64,000 nucleotides of DNA from Octopus vulgaris (lineage: Eukaryota): positions 58,900,001 through 58,964,000 of the forward strand of contig OX597821.1 of the NCBI GenBank assembly GCA_951406725.2, in the 5' to 3' direction. The position numbers and the translations under genes were made by a program. Under the pieces are notes generated by a model, which saw nothing but the letters and a program-made list of their open reading frames with translations, did not search any database and was not told the origin of the DNA. Of this stretch, positions 36,085-50,780 are shown piece after piece; within the stretch, counting starts at the first letter, position 1, and each line of letters starts with the position of its first letter.

Positions 36085-36445
36085 AGAGATTATGCAATGC
36101 TTGGAATAAAGTGAAGTAAGCATGCTTCACTGGATATACAATATTAGTATGTTTGAATGATGGAGCACAAATAAGCCAAGAGGAAAACTGAGTGTGTGGG
36201 GATTCAGATGTGGTGTGCAAGAAACAAGACTGCACTGGTACAGACGTGTGATGTATAGGGTGATATTTGGATAAAGAAATAGCAAAAGATCTAAGTGGGA
36301 GAGGAAGACTGGGCAGAAGTGGTGAAAGCTGATAAGGAGCACTGACTAGAAGCCATGACTGTGGAGAGATATTTTGTAGAATAGATTCATGAAATCCTTG
36401 CAAGCATGGAAAAAAGATGTAAAAGGATGATGATGATGGTGATGA
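36085..36445 (+). mobile_element. RTE-clade LINE 3' relic
   Basis: Homologous to 19060-19400 (…GVQETRLHWYRRV…), ending in a (GAT)n tail. Confidence 0.65.
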
Positions 36446-37303
36446 GTAGAAATGGAAACAAAAGCCTTACTGCACAGATATTTTTTTAAACAGGGATTAT
36501 AATGATTGAATGGTTAAGGTTTATAGATTAAGACCCCCAAACCTCATCCTCAACATCTTCATCATCCATTCTCCATGCTGGTATAGATTGGATAGTTTGA
36601 CAAGAGTTTGCAAACTGGAAGGCTGCACCAGACTCCAGTCATCTGTTTTGGCATGGTTTCTTCCTAATGCCAGCCACTTTACAGAGTGTACTGGGTGCTT
36701 TTTATGTGGTACCAACACCAGTACTTTTTATGTGGGGTCAGCATGAGTGCTTTTTACCTATCTCCAGCATGAGTGCTTTTTATGTGGCACCAGCACCTGT
36801 GGGTCACCAAGTCTTAACAGTAGCTGTTATATCATGGGCTTAGGCATTTTACATGACTATTGGTTGAAGCCTGCATATCTAGAAAATAGGTATTTTGATC
36901 CATATTAGCGTGACTAGTGTTATAAAACGCACCGAGTCATTAACATATTTTGATGACATATAAAATGCACATTTAAAAAAAAAATGTCTCAACAAAACTA
37001 CCCTGGGTCCTCTATGAAACATCAGGGCCATTACATGCTTTAATGCACCAAAATCATTTTTTTCCTGTAAATGTGCTGCTGAAATTGGAGTGCATTTGAT
37101 ATTCCCATTTGTCTTTTAGGCCATAAAATGCAATAATTTTCTTATTTGCCTAAATAATTATATTTGAAAAACTTTGTCATTAAATGAAAAGCAAAACCAT
37201 ACTTTGAAAGGTTTATGAATTGTTTTTTTTATGGTTAAATAAAATAATATTCAGTAACACTGTAACATGTATGGCAAATCTGATACAAGATATTTCTCTA
37301 GAC

Positions 37304-37888
37304 CAGTGCTTTTCAACCCCTGGGGGTCCTTATAAGATTTAGTTATTAAAATTTATGGTTATACTTATACAGTTTTTATTCTTTTATTCTTTTACATGTT
37401 TCAGTCACTTGACTGTGGCCATGCTGAGCACTGCCTTAAAGGGTTTTAGTCAAACAAATTTACCCCAGGACTTATTCTTTGTAAGCCAAGTACTTATTCT
37501 TTAGTCTCTTTTGCCAAACTGCTAAGTTATGGGGATTAAACATAACAAACATCAGCTGTCAAGCGATGGCAGGGGGACAAACACAGACACAAAGACACAC
37601 ACACATAAATATATACATATACATATATACGACGATGCCCATCATATATATATATATATATATGATGGGCTTCTTTCAGTTTCTATATACCAAATCCACT
37701 CACAAGGATTTGGTCGGCCTGAGGCTATAGTTGAAGACACTTGCCCAAAGTGCCACACAGTTGGACTGAACCCGGAACCATATGGTTGGGAAGCGAGCTT
37801 CTTACCACATTTTTGAAACATGAGAGTCCACCAAAGTAAGATAAGAATCAAAGGAGCCCATAGATAGAAAAATAGTTGAGAACCACTA
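37304..37888. mobile_element. hAT MITE with nested minus-strand family A SINE (~37385-37811)
   Basis: CAGTGCTTTTCAAC / GTTGAGAACCACTA termini. Flanks CTCTAGAC / CTCCAGAC fit the Charlie NTCTAGAN target. Confidence 0.75.
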
Positions 37889-38731
37889 CTCCAGACAATA
37901 TCCCAATGCCAGATAGTATTATCTTTTATTAGTTTCAGCCAGTCTTGCATGTTTCAGTCATCTTTTTCAGCAACAGATTGGATTTGAAAACTTAAACTCT
38001 GTAAAAAAAATTCCATGCAACGACTCGTATTTTTCAAATCACATCTGGCTTTGAATTGTTTCCAAATATCACTTTACATACGTTTTTGGTTTTTTGTCTT
38101 TCCCACCTAATCTCCTAAACCCATCACAACATGAGTTTTTCCAAATGTTTTATATGCTATCTGTTCACTGTTTGGACCTTTATCGTTTTGTCTCTTTGGA
38201 AATAGTCTTGATTTCTACACAGTCTCATGATTCTATTCAATCATGTTGTTGTCAATAAATACTACTGAAGTAGATTGAATTCTATGCTGAAGCAACAACA
38301 ACATCAACATCATTTAACATCCACTTTTCCATGCTTGCATGGGTCAGATAGAATTTGTTAAGGAAAAATCTTTTACTGCTAGAAGTCCTTCCTGTTGTCA
38401 ACCCTCACCTTACATTCCAAGCAAGATAATCTTTCCCTATAACCAGACATGTTTTGCATAGAAGATTAGAAACAACCTCATTTGACTGTGGTGCTCATTT
38501 ACACCTATCACATGATGTCTAGACAAAGATACACACATGCACACAAACAATAAACGATAGAAAGGTTAGTTAATAAACAATGACTTCTAGCTGATAAACT
38601 TAGCAAAGAAAATCACTAGAATATAATCCATATCTGTATATGAGATATTCATTGTCACTATATATGTATTCACCAATGTAACTACCTCTTGCCAGAACAT
38701 GCTGGGTACCAAAACTGAAGAGCCTCTAAAT

Positions 38732-39052
38732 CAGTGATACTCATCCATTTTTTTTATCTATGGACCCCTTTGATTACTATTTTCTTCTGGTGGACCCTAT
38801 AGCCATTCAATGCTTAAAAACTTATTTTATAGATACTTCTTTCAAAATTCCTATTTTGTTATTCACTCATTTACTTATACAGGTTCAACTATGTAAAATA
38901 TTAGAGAAAGAAACGTAGCTGTTTCTTGCAATGCACACATTTAGATCAAAACTTTTCATGGACCCTTAAAATACTACTGTGGATCCCCAATTGATTATTT
39001 TGCTAGCGTGGACCTCCCAAAATCTTATATGGACCCTGGTTGAGAACCACAG
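38732..39052. mobile_element. hAT (Charlie-like) MITE
   Basis: CAGTGATACTCA / TGAGAACCACAG termini, perfect 8-bp TSD CTCTAAAT. It is an inverted homolog of 62860-63250. Confidence 0.85.
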
Positions 39053-40052
39053 CTCTAAATGATTGTATGAAGGATATATGATAATATACCTCTACATAAG
39101 GCAATGAGCTGGCAGAACTGTTAGCACATCAGGCGAAATGCTTAGCGGTATTTCATCTGCCGTTATGTTCTGAGTTCAAATTCTGCCGAGGTCAACTTTG
39201 GTCTTTCATCGATTAAATAAGTACCAGTTACATACTGGGGTAGATGTAATTGACTTAATCCCTTTGTCTGTCCTTGTTTGTCCCCTCTATGTTTAACCTC
39301 CCTGTGGGCAATAAAGAAGTAAATATACCTCTACATGCACTGTCTAAAACAAAGTCAGAACGCTTTTCATTCAAGGTTATATTTCGTAGTCATGTTTAAA
39401 CTGGAGCTAAACAAAATCAACAGATATTCTTTATTTCTAATATGATATGCCCCAGATTTGAAACTGGTTTCATATATCTGAATGAAACCAGTTCAGTAAT
39501 AATAGCCACATGGTTCATAGATCAATTACCAACAAGTGTTTATTGGTTTCAGTAATAATTATAGCCAGGTATAATGTAGGACCAGAATGTGTAGAAATAA
39601 CTATAAAATACTGAAAGATATAAACCTTAAATATTATGATGACTATGAAATTAAGAATTTAATTGTTAATGAAGGGCAGCAGTGACAGAGAGTAATCAAT
39701 AATAGCTCTGGCTAATGGATTATAATGTTATTGATATCTTGTGTAGTTCTTACAATAAACTTTGAGGCCTTACAGTCAGATATATAGAGTTACCAAGGCG
39801 GCAAGCTGGCAGAATCATTAGCACTTCAGAGAAAATGCTTAGTCGCATTTCTTCCGGCTCTTTATGTTCTGAATTCAAATCTTACTGATGTCAACTTTGC
39901 CTTTCATTCTTTCGGGGAATGGGGGGGGGGGCAAGGTAAGGTGGTGGGAGGGGGGTCGATAAAATAAAGAAATCAGTCAAGTACTGGGATCAGTGTAATC
40001 AACTTATCTCCTTTCCTCAAAATTGCTGTCTTTGAATCCCACAGCAGACCAG

Positions 40053-40437
40053 CATCATCATCATCATTGTTTAACATCTGCTTTCCATGCTAGTATGGGT
40101 GGGATGATTTGACTGAGGACTGGTGAACCAGTTGGCTGCTCCAGGCTCCAATCTGATCTGGCAGAGTTTCTACAGCTGGATGCCCTTCCTAACGCCAACC
40201 ACTCAGAGATGGTAGTGGTTGCTTTTACATGCCACCGGCACGAGGGCCAGTCAGGCGGTACTGGCAACGGTCACGCTCAAGTGGTATTTTTTACGTGCCA
40301 CCTGCACAGGAGCCAGTCTAGCGGCACTAGCAATAACCTTGCTCGAATGTTTTTCACGTGCCAACGGTACAAGTACCAGTAAGGCAAAGCTGGTAATGAT
40401 CATGTTTGAATGGTGCTTTTTACGTGCCACTGGCACT
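40053..40437 (-). mobile_element. Family C repeat with ~60-bp internal tandem units
   Basis: (CAT)n followed by the family C 3' end in reverse. TTTTACGTGCCAC units are repeated. Confidence 0.7.
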
Positions 40438-40510
40438 CATATTTACTTATACGCCATGGAAACTGAGTAATCAGCTTTATGAATCCTTGGCCTCAAGAAG
40501 AAGTTTGCTT

Positions 40511-40915
40511 GGTGTAGGCATGGCTGTGTGGTAAGAAGTTTGCTTTGCAATCACATGGTTCCAAGTTCAGTCCCACTGTCTGGCACCTTGGTCAAGTGTC
40601 TTCTACTATAACCTCAGGCCAACCAAAGCCTTGTCAGTGAATTTGGTAAATGGAAACTGAAAGAAGCCCATCGTGTGTGTGTGTGTCTTTGTGTCTGTGT
40701 TTGTTCCCCACCAAACACTTAACAACTGGTGTTGGTGTATTTACATTCCCATAACTTAGTGGTTTGACAAAAGAGTCTAATAGAATAAATACTAGGCTTT
40801 AAAAAAATAATAAGTCCTGGGGTCAATTCGTTCAACTAAAACCCTTCAAAGCAGTGCCCCCGCATGACCACAGTCTTATGGCTGAAATAAGTAAAAGGAT
40901 AAAAGGGTAAAAGAA
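40511..40915 (+). mobile_element. SINE family A
   Basis: Full head, body and tail, similar to 31266-31655. Further plus copies at ~24983-25370 and ~46934-47322. Confidence 0.85.
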
Positions 40916-40974
40916 TATAGTTAGCATACGGTAAAATATAGTTACCATAGGGTAAAAGAATAGTTACCATTAAG

Positions 40975-41203
40975 AGGGCGAGCTGGCAGAAACATTAGCA
41001 AGCTGGGCGAAATGCTTAGTGGTATTTTGTCTGCCGTTACGTTCTGAGTTCAAATTCCACCGAGGTCGACTTTGCCTTTCATCCTTTCGGCATCGATAAA
41101 TTAAGTACCAGTTACGCACTGGAGTTGATGTAATTGACTTAATCCCTTTGTCTGTCCTTGTTTGTCTCCTCTATGTTTAGCCCCTTGTGGGCAATAAAGA
41201 AAT
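40975..41203 (+). mobile_element. SINE family B
   Basis: Near-identical to 4821 and 20621. Minus copies at ~28915-29129, 41738-41930 and 42035-42218. Confidence 0.85.
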
Positions 41204-41633
41204 ATGAATATAGTTACCATACCAACCACATGATAATCGTGTAGGTTAGGATGCTTTGGATTTTAGTGCCATTTCAACAAAAAAAAAATGAAAAAAAGAA
41301 ATTCAGTCTTTTGATATGTAAAGCTAGTATTTTAGACAGTCATCAGTTGAGTATTACTGGAACATGAGAGGTTTCCTCTAAGGTTAAAATTCTCAATGAT
41401 ATAAAGACAACGAGCACACAACTTTGATTTCCTATAATCTTCAAGTATCTGTGATTTCTCGGTTTTGTTGACACCTCATCCAATTCTGCACCACTTCTCT
41501 GTTCTCTGTAAGATAACACATTATTATGATGTTATACCAGTCTTGATAATATTAACCACTAAAGTTTCCTTTTTGTGTTTTTGAAAGCTGGTAATGTGTG
41601 ATTTAAGAGTAATTTGGTTATTGTTTCTTGCAG

Positions 41634-41700
41634 AGCTTTTGACCAATTAAAGCCTCCCCCTCACCCCATTAGCATTGAACAAAGAGAAGTTGTTAAATTG
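41634..41700 (+). CDS. Possible internal coding exon (AFDQLKPPPHPISIEQREVVKL)
   Basis: Acceptor TTGTTTCTTGCAG| and donor TTG|GTAGGC. Only one frame is open (phase 2 in, phase 0 out). Unique sequence, no recognised homology. Confidence 0.22.
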
Positions 41701-42221
41701 GTAGGCAAGATTATGAATGGTTTCAAATTTTGGCACAAGGGCAGCTATTTGTGGGAAGGGGAAGGGGATAAATCGACCCCAGTACTCAACTGGTACTTAT
41801 TTTATCGACCCCTCAAGAAGATGAAAGACAAAGTCAACACTGACAGAATTTGAACTCAGAACATAATGACGGATAAAATGTCACAAAGCATTTTACCAGG
41901 TGTGTTAACGATTCTGCCTGTTCACCGTCTTAAGACCAAATTTTAATTGTTTGTGAGAAAAGTATTCTTGCATGTTTCTGGCCAATGCTTTAATGCCCTG
42001 TTACTTTCCTTCTTATTATCCTTTGTATTATAGGTACAAGGCCTGAAATTTTTTGGTCTATTACATTGATCCCAGTACTTGACTGGTACTTATTTCGTCC
42101 ACCGTAAAAGGATGATGAAAGTCAACCTTGGTGAAATTTGAACTCAGAATGTAAAGGCAGATGAAATACCGCTAAGCATCTTGTCTGGTGTGGTAACGAT
42201 TCTGTCAGGTCACTACCTTAA

Positions 42222-42442
42222 CCCTTTTGTTACCAATCCGGCTGAAACCGGCTCTGGCTCTGAGTACAAAGGTCTTGTTTCCATAAGTTTTGAATTAAAA
42301 TCTTCCACCAAACCTTAGTCACAATTTAAATTCCTAACACTAGCTTAACGATAACTAAATTATTTTACTAAATTCTTTGTTATATTTAAAATTAATTGAA
42401 AGATACACAGAGCATCTCAACAGGAACATGGTAACGAAAGGG
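42222..42442. mobile_element. piggyBac-type MITE family P2
   Basis: TTAA|CCCTTTTGTTACC...GGTAACGAAAGGG|TTAA. A second copy lies at 62598-62815. Confidence 0.8.
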
Positions 42443-42752
42443 TTAACCTTCATTCTAATAATCAAACCACTTTACTAATTGTTTAGGTTGATATTAGCAA
42501 GGAAAATCATTCCATCCAAAATCTCTGGAGAAAATGTTTGTAAAATAGGAGTTTGAGATGTTTTGGCACAGCTATTTTCATGCCGCTTATTTGGCATTGC
42601 TGGTTTAGCACTGACTTGACATCAGACATTTTAATGTTTCTCATATTTTATCCCTCCTCTCCCTCTCTCTCTTTATGTATGTGAGCATATTTCTCTTATG
42701 CATATGAATAGAGGGGAAAGTATTTATGTCAATTGTGTGCATTTGATGAATT

Positions 42753-42787
<35 letters not shown>

Positions 42788-45700
42788 CTGTATGTGTACA
42801 TTTCTGTGCACACACATTTGCTTCCAGTGCCAAAAAGTGCTGTCACCAAATCATCTGTGACCAGACAGCTGCACCAAATTGCCTTATTTTGGTAAAATAG
42901 TTGTTAAATATGTTACGATCTGTTTTACTTACTAAAATGAGCAGGATGGCTTTGCAGGGAAAAATAGATGTATAGATTATGGAACCCTGAATAAAAGTTT
43001 TCCAACAAGTACTTTTCTAAATTTAGGTTAAAACATGTTATGTCGGGAATTAATCCCACTCCTCTTTATTATCTTCACTGTCCCTAATTATGTTGATAAT
43101 ATCTCTTCTTCCTCTTTGTCATTACTGCTACTATGTTTATCATTGTTAAATTTTGGGGTTTTGAGAATTTGTTTTTAAGTTTTATAGTTGGAGTTCCTTC
43201 CTACTTCTATCTACAGGCATTCCGTTGGTTACGACAATGAGGATTTCAGTTGATCTGATCAATGGAAGAGCCTCCTTGTGATATCAACATGCAAGTGGCT
43301 GGGCACTCCACAGACATGTAGTTTTTAGGTAGATTCAGCATGATACAAAATGTGAAAAAGCTGGCCATTTGAATTACAGGTACTACTCATTTTTGCCAGC
43401 TGAGTGGACTGATGCAATATGAAATAAAGTGTCTCACTCAAGGACACAATGTGCCACCACAAATTGAACTCATGACCTTGTGATCATGAACCAAATACCC
43501 TAATCACCAGGCCATGCACCTTCACCTGCTATCTATGGCAGAACAGAAATAATGTGTTTATTATGTCATCTAAAATTGTTTTTGCAAACCTGGATGTTTC
43601 TTTTTTTTTTTTCCCCTCCCTATTTTCTGTCTTTTAGTTTCTTTTTTCTGTCATGCTATGCTGGAGCACCACCTTGAAGGGTTTTAATCAAGCTAATTAA
43701 CTCCAGTACTCATTTTTAAGTTTGGTACATACTTTATCAATCCCTATTGCCTAGTCGCTCAGTTATGGGGACATAAGCAAACCAACACTGGTTGGTAAGT
43801 GGTGGTGGCAGACAAACACACACACACACACACACACATACACACACATGATGGGCATCAACACAGTTTCCATCTACTAAATTCACTCACAAGACATTCG
43901 TTGGCCAGGAGCTTTAGTAGAAGACACCTTGCTCAAAGTGCCTCACAATAGGACTGAACCTGAAACCACATGGTTGCAAATTAAGCTTCTTAAACATACA
44001 GCCTTGTGTTGGTTTTATTTCAGACTGATCACTTTCCAAGTGAAGTAACTTCATTATGACATAAGGATCCATTTCTTTCTTTCCTAGGTTAGAATCTAAA
44101 GGTTAAGAGAAGAGATCTGGAGAAAAGCTTGGATGGTGTTCATTGCATAATGAGCCAAAACTATGCAGAGTGAAAGTTGGTATAGGATGTTTAGAGTCAA
44201 TGGGGAGAACTGACAGTTTGTACAAGACATAAGCGAGTATTTGACATGTGCTATTATACGTTTGTATTTACAATTCAAGTCTTTTATAATTTTCTTCAAG
44301 TTAAGTCAAAATGCAAAGACATCATTAGTGTAATAGATAAAATATCACCATATTTAGAGCTACAATTCTTTTGGTTCTCATGTTGAATCTAGTCAAAGAT
44401 TAATTTTGCCTTCCATCCTTCCAGAGCTGATATAAGTACCAGAGAAGTATTCAAGTCAATTTAACTGGCTTTATACATGTAAGAAATTATTTTGTATCTT
44501 AATTTTACAAAGAGAGGTGGATTAGTAGATTTTGGTAGAGTATTGAACAAAATGATTTGCAGTATTTAATCACTGTCCTTTACATTCTGTTTTCAATTCC
44601 TGCCAGGATAGGTGGGATTTTTCTCTCTTCCTTCCCAAGTAGTTAAAGATTGCAACTTCTTCAGGGCTTTTTAGCAGTAGCAAGAATATTTTTTTTAAAG
44701 CTATTTACTTGTGCATACTTTCAGTTTTAAGTAATAGCTACTTTAATGAAAGTAAGGATATAGTTCTTGGAATGTGTTAGATACATTTTCTAGCAGTTGA
44801 AACTGATTAGTGTTAGGCACTTAATGAGCAATATAGAAGTTGCTGCAGCAACTGGTAGGTTGCTTGTTCCCAATTTTTTTGACTCCCTTTTTTTTTATGA
44901 TATCTCAGTTTACATATAAGAGGAAGTTAGTAAGATTCTTATCAAGCTGTTACTTTGAATTAAAAAAACACATTGAAATTTAAGCTTCATGTCATTCATG
45001 TTTTTATGTCCATTTCCCGTCTTTCCATCTATCACCTCGTTTTACATATTACTTCAAATGGTTAAAAAAATGAGTGAAATTATATTAAGTTTTACCTAAT
45101 AGAACAGAATTGTGTTAGTAACTGAGATAAACAGACAGATATTAAGTTGGAGATATTTTTGTAGAGAAAGAGTGTATAAAGAAAGAGTAGGTGAACTTTA
45201 TGGGGGATTTTAAATATCTTCATTTTGAATATCTGTTGCATTTTCTTGTAACTGTAAGATATTCAAATGAGCCAATTTTGTGAAGATTCAGGCGAAAAAA
45301 GATTTTTTTAGTTCCAGGCAGATATCCATCTCTTCTCTATCCACCCACTATTCAACCTGAAATGAAAACTGGTGTTAAACTTTTCTGTAATTCTGTAATT
45401 TAGGGGCTGTGTCTGAAAGATAATGAATGATATAAGGTTTTTTTATTATTTTAAGTAAATGCATGTTAAAAAGCACGCTTGCAACAGTTGATATAATGCT
45501 TGAATACAGGATACAATCACATTTTCACTGCAGGAATTTCATATGAACTTCTTTGTATTGAAGCTTAACTTCAGTAACAAACTCTTTCATAATTTAAAAA
45601 TAGATGCCAAATAGTTTCAACAAAATTGTTTTGTCTAATATCTAATACAGTAAAAATGAAAAATAAAAAGATGAGTTATGTTAGGTTGCCATAAAAAAAT

Positions 45701-48495
45701 CCCTAATGCTTTAAGCAGAACCCTTCATTGGAAAGTGAAATAATACGAAAAAACAGAGCATAAAATAATATTTTTCATTATTTAATTGTTTATGGGGTTT
45801 GTAAGAGGAAACAGGGCAGTACTCATGACCTTTTTGCAGGGCTCTTCAGACCTATGGGTTAAAGCAGTGGTTTTTAGCTGGGGTTTATATGGCCCCTGAG
45901 GGCTAAGGGGATCATATACAAATTAAATTGATTATACTTCTACAATACAATACAAAATATTTTAATAGTTGTTTTTATACTATTCCTAATAATATCTAAT
46001 TATAAAAATATAATAAAATTTTATCAACATTGATTGGCTAGGAGGATTCATCTGAGTAAAATAGGACTCAAAGGGGTCCATAGGTGAGAAAATGGTTGGG
46101 AATAAGGCATCAAAATATCAAGTTACCTACAGACTTGGTTTGAATGCTTGGAACAAAGTGAATTCCACTAAAGGCACCTAAGGGTGATGGATTAATTCTT
46201 TCGCCTAAGAATAGGTATAACTAATCCAATGAGCTTCTACACAGTTTCCATTGATTCATTTTTATCCACGTGGCTTTGGTTGAGTGGTAGGAAACACTCA
46301 TTTCAGGTGTCATGCCATGAGATTGAACTAAGAATCATGTGATTGTCAGCCAAACTCCTTGAAACATATGGCCATGCTTGGTCTTTACCTGAAATGTTAG
46401 ATATTTCTTCTTATTATACACCCAATAATTTGTTTCTATTGTACTGACACTTACTGGAGCAGACCTTTACTAATCTCTTCAACCATTTGTGGTTGTATTG
46501 TGTTCTATCTTGTACCAATTGCCTTGGCAAGATTTAGAGGCTTTTAAAAATTCATTCAATTTGTAAGAATGTTGAAATGAAGGTTTTATAGCTTGGCACT
46601 TCTTCTAATGCAAAATACTCAAAGAGTGTGCAAATATTGGGTTAAAAATCCCTTTAGATAGTAAAGTCAAAGGCTATCCACATTATTTATAGCTTTATCT
46701 ACTTTCATGTCTCCTGAAGTTTCTAATTTCTTATGTCATAAACTCAAATATTACTTTGAAGTAGCACTTTGCTTTCAAATTATCTGGCAGAGATAATTAG
46801 CCTCTTGCCTTGTCTTAGGATAGAGATTTGAACTCTTCACCTAGTCCGTACATTACTTTATTTAGATATAACAGTAAACAGTCTGGTGTTGGCTTCTGTA
46901 TAAGTTAGTCTGGAGTAATCAAAACAAATATATGGCTACAGGTGTGGCAGGAAGTCTGCTTCTCCTCCACATGGTTCTGAGCTCAGTCCCATTGCATGAC
47001 ACCTTGGGCAGGTGTCTTCTACTTTAACCTCAGGCTGATCAAAGTTTTCTGGATTTGGTAGACAGAAACCGAAAGAAGCCTGTTGTGTGTGTGTGTGTGT
47101 GTGTTTTGTGTCTGTGTTTGTCTCCCACCACCACTTGACAACTGGTGTTGGTTTGTTTACATCCCTGTAAGTTAGTGGTTTGGCACAAGAGACTGATAGA
47201 ATAAGTACCAGGGTTTACAAAAAAATAACGAGCACTGGGGTTGATTTGTTTGAGTAAAATTCTTCAAGGTGGTGTCCCAGCATAGCTGCAGTCTAATGAT
47301 TGAAACAAGGAAAAAATAAAAGACATAATTGAGATGAACAACCAATTTACTGTTTAAATGAGGTTTCACAAATAAATAAAAGTTGAAACAACACACATAA
47401 ACACATTCCTCTGAGCAATCAGAAAAATTTTCAATGTTTATAGATAAATTCTCTTTGTACATTGAAATTTTGCCCAAAAATATTAACATCAGAGCTTTCA
47501 TTAATTTAATGATCTTGAATGCTTTTGATCATATCAAAAGTATATTAAAATGTTGCTTGACAGAGATGTCAGGGTATGGTGATGAGAATTATGAAAAGTA
47601 AAGAATTTGAAAAATTTCCTAGATTGGTTCTGTTTCCATGATAATTTTGAAAAATATTAAAGGTGGTAAGCTGGCAGAATTGTTACTGCACTGAGAAAAA
47701 ATTCTTAGTGTTATTTCTTCCGAATTTATGTTCTGAGTTCAAATCTACTGATGTTGACTTTACCTTTCATTCTTCAGGGCTGATAAAATAATACCAGTTG
47801 ATCACTGGGGTTGATGTAATCGACTTATCCCTTCTCCTGAAATTGTTGGCCTTGTACCAAAATTTGAAATCAATGTTTAGAAATATTCTTCAATGTATTC
47901 TTCAATAAATTGTGATGTACATTTTAATATTTCCATTAAACCAAAAGTATATGTTTTTATATCTATAGATATATGTTTCTGATATTTAATACTTACACTT
48001 TTCCTCTTCCATATTCATTCACAACAATAATAATTGGTTCCTATTCGTATGTAACCTTTATATAAGTAGTTATACTTTCTTGTTTCGTGTATATGTGTGT
48101 GTGAACATGTGTGTATGTTTGTGGTACTGTATAATATAAAATACAACAATTATTCATATATTGTAGTGGGAGATGTTTATGGTGGTAATTCCTACAGAAA
48201 ATTGTGATAAACGAAAGGCTACAACATTGTGACTTAATGATTTTCATGATTTTGCAAAAGGTTAATTGGTCCCATTTGTGTAAGTTCTATTTAATGAGTA
48301 GTCAGGCATTTTTTTAACATTATACAATAATCTGTTAGATTTCTGGTTTTCTGTTAACTTTGTATAAAGCTGTTACTGCTTAGACTGCCGATGAGAGAAA
48401 CTTGGTTTCCACTGAAATTTGCAACCGTGCCAGTTTGCTATTCAGTACATTAAAGTACTTTCCCATAGGATAGCTTTTCTTTCTTTCCTTTTTTT

Positions 48496-48548
<53 letters not shown>

Positions 48549-49859
48549 TGAAATCCCTCTTCTGAATACAGAGGAAGTTAAGCAATTTACATGTTGTTTA
48601 TTAAATTTGGCTGGCTCTTAATGGTATAAAAGGGAGTGGGGTGTCACCAAAGCATTTTAGTCCCATGTCTTTTACCCATTTAACCGTTTGCACTGCTCTG
48701 ACAATGTTTCAAATTTGTTTTATTTGTCATTGATCTTGCTTACTCAAACTTCATCAGCTTGTTTAACTATTCAAGCAGCTGTTCTGGATAAAACACTCAT
48801 TTTTTAACCTGTTTTTTTTTTTTTTTCTTTTTTGAAATGTACTCACAATTTTCATTTGTGTTCATACTTCAGTCAAAAGTAGAGTTGAAATTTTCCATAA
48901 TTAATAAATGCAGCTAAATATTCCACAAGATGACCAATATTAATCATCATTATCATCACTATTGTCATGTTAAAATATTGTAGAATCATGTTAGAATTCT
49001 GCACACTTGTACATGGTTTCAAGTAGAACTTTACACATTAATTGTAAAGTTGTAGTATTTTTGTGACCAAATTACACTTTACTAGAAAGAAAAAGAGGAA
49101 TATAAAAAAAAACAGTAATTCTATCAAAAGATGTCTTGGGCCTTTTTTTTTTTTTTTTTACCAATTTTTAATTAAATACATTGTGTTTGGATTCATTTTG
49201 GGAATAATCAAGAATTTTGTAAAATATCCTTTTAACAGTCATTAACATTCAGATTACTCTGTCAAATATAATGAGTTTGAATTAATCATACATTATCTTG
49301 TAGCTTTGAGATGTTGGTGATGTGCTTGTTTATTTTTAGAATGACATTGTAGGATAGGTATGAGAAGCTGGATTTGGCTGATTTGAACATAAAATAAGTA
49401 GGATATCTAGGTTGGATGTGGCTGGTTTAAATGCCAAAGGGTTAAGCCTGTGTTTTGGACTGCAGTTCTCAACTAATGGTCTTTGAACTTTAGTGGTCCA
49501 TAACAAAACTTTCAGTGGTCCATTAGAAAATTGCAAAGTAGGTGTTTGTTTTACTTCATAAAGGACAGCAGGCACATAGTTTGTTTTCTTCACGAACATG
49601 TGCTTTCTTCCTGTCTGGGCAAGTACATTGCTATCTAAGTTGTTAAAGATTATAATGTTATGATGGTTATGATTTCTAAAATTTAAAATTGTAATTTTAT
49701 TGAATATTAATTACTGCATTAATTAATTTAAATAACCAGTCATTGATGTAAAAATAATGAGTTGAAAATTAATTTAATTATTACTGTTGCAATAACTTTA
49801 TTTTAAAATTAAATTTAGAATTATGAAAAGTGAGCTTTGGCTCTGTAAACTATAAAGGG

Positions 49860-50780
49860 ACCCAGACTTTATGACCATTATGGAATACTTAAGTGAGTGT
49901 ATTAAATTTGGATTTACTTATCAGAAAAAGGTGGTGTGAGTTTGCCAATGTGTGCTGCAGGTTTCAAAGTGCAGAGTAATGATTCAGTGAAGTCTTCTAC
50001 ATTAAAACTTCATTTAGAAATAGGATATCAAAGATTAGTCAAAAGGGATGAAAATTATTTCTAACATCTGTTATCAGGTTTCAGATGACAGCATCTTAGC
50101 ACCACTAGAAGCTTTTATAAAACGAGAGAAAAAATACCCTGATGCAGTGTGGGCTTCATGCATTGTTGCATGTAAGATTACTCAGGTAAAGAAACTTCAC
50201 ACAATTGATAAGTAACTTATACGACCATGTGCTGAAGAGATCAGTTGAATTGTTTTTGGAGAGGATGCTGCTACTAAATGGAGTGCCTCTCTTTTTAATA
50301 GTACTATGTCCAGGCAGATAAGTGAGATGCAGCAAGATATCAAGTATTTAATGAAGTCAAAGAACTCCTCTCTTCTATATTCAAAGATATAAGTCAACTA
50401 ATGCTACTGTTTGTTCCCAGTCTTTATTTGGTATGTGTTTAACCCTTTAGTATTCAAACTAGCCATATCAGGGCCAAATATTCTACCAGTTCTATATTCA
50501 AAATGACCAGATCTACCTGACTATGTCATTCTAAAAATAAATAATCACATCATTGAAATCTCAAGGCTACGAGATAATGTATGATTAATTCAAAACAATA
50601 TGAATAAATAATCATTATGTTTGACAGAGTAATTTGAATGCTAAAGGTTTAATAGCAAATTCCTCTTCTGCACCCCTATTCTGACCTTGACTGAAGCTGC
50701 TGGCTGATGTCATTGTTAAGGAGATTTTTTAAGCCAGTGGCCCAGATTGGTAAAAATTTTGTGGATGACACAGGGTTCAA
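49860..50780 (+). pseudogene. hAT Buster/Charlie-type (ZBED5/SCAND3-like) transposase fossil
   Basis: Degenerate translation ECIKFGFT...SNDSVKSSTLKLHLE (BED-finger region), KKLHTI...LIRPCAEEI..IVFGEDAA...NSTMSRQISEMQQDI, and KFLFC after a nested TTAA MITE (50443-50648). Many stops. A possible TIR GCAGTTCTCAAC lies at ~49461. Confidence 0.8.

Noticed and set aside
50078-50185. Apparent host exon (TCAG|GTTTCAGATG...CAG|GTAAAG)
   Set aside because: The translation is part of the continuous hAT transposase fossil on both sides.
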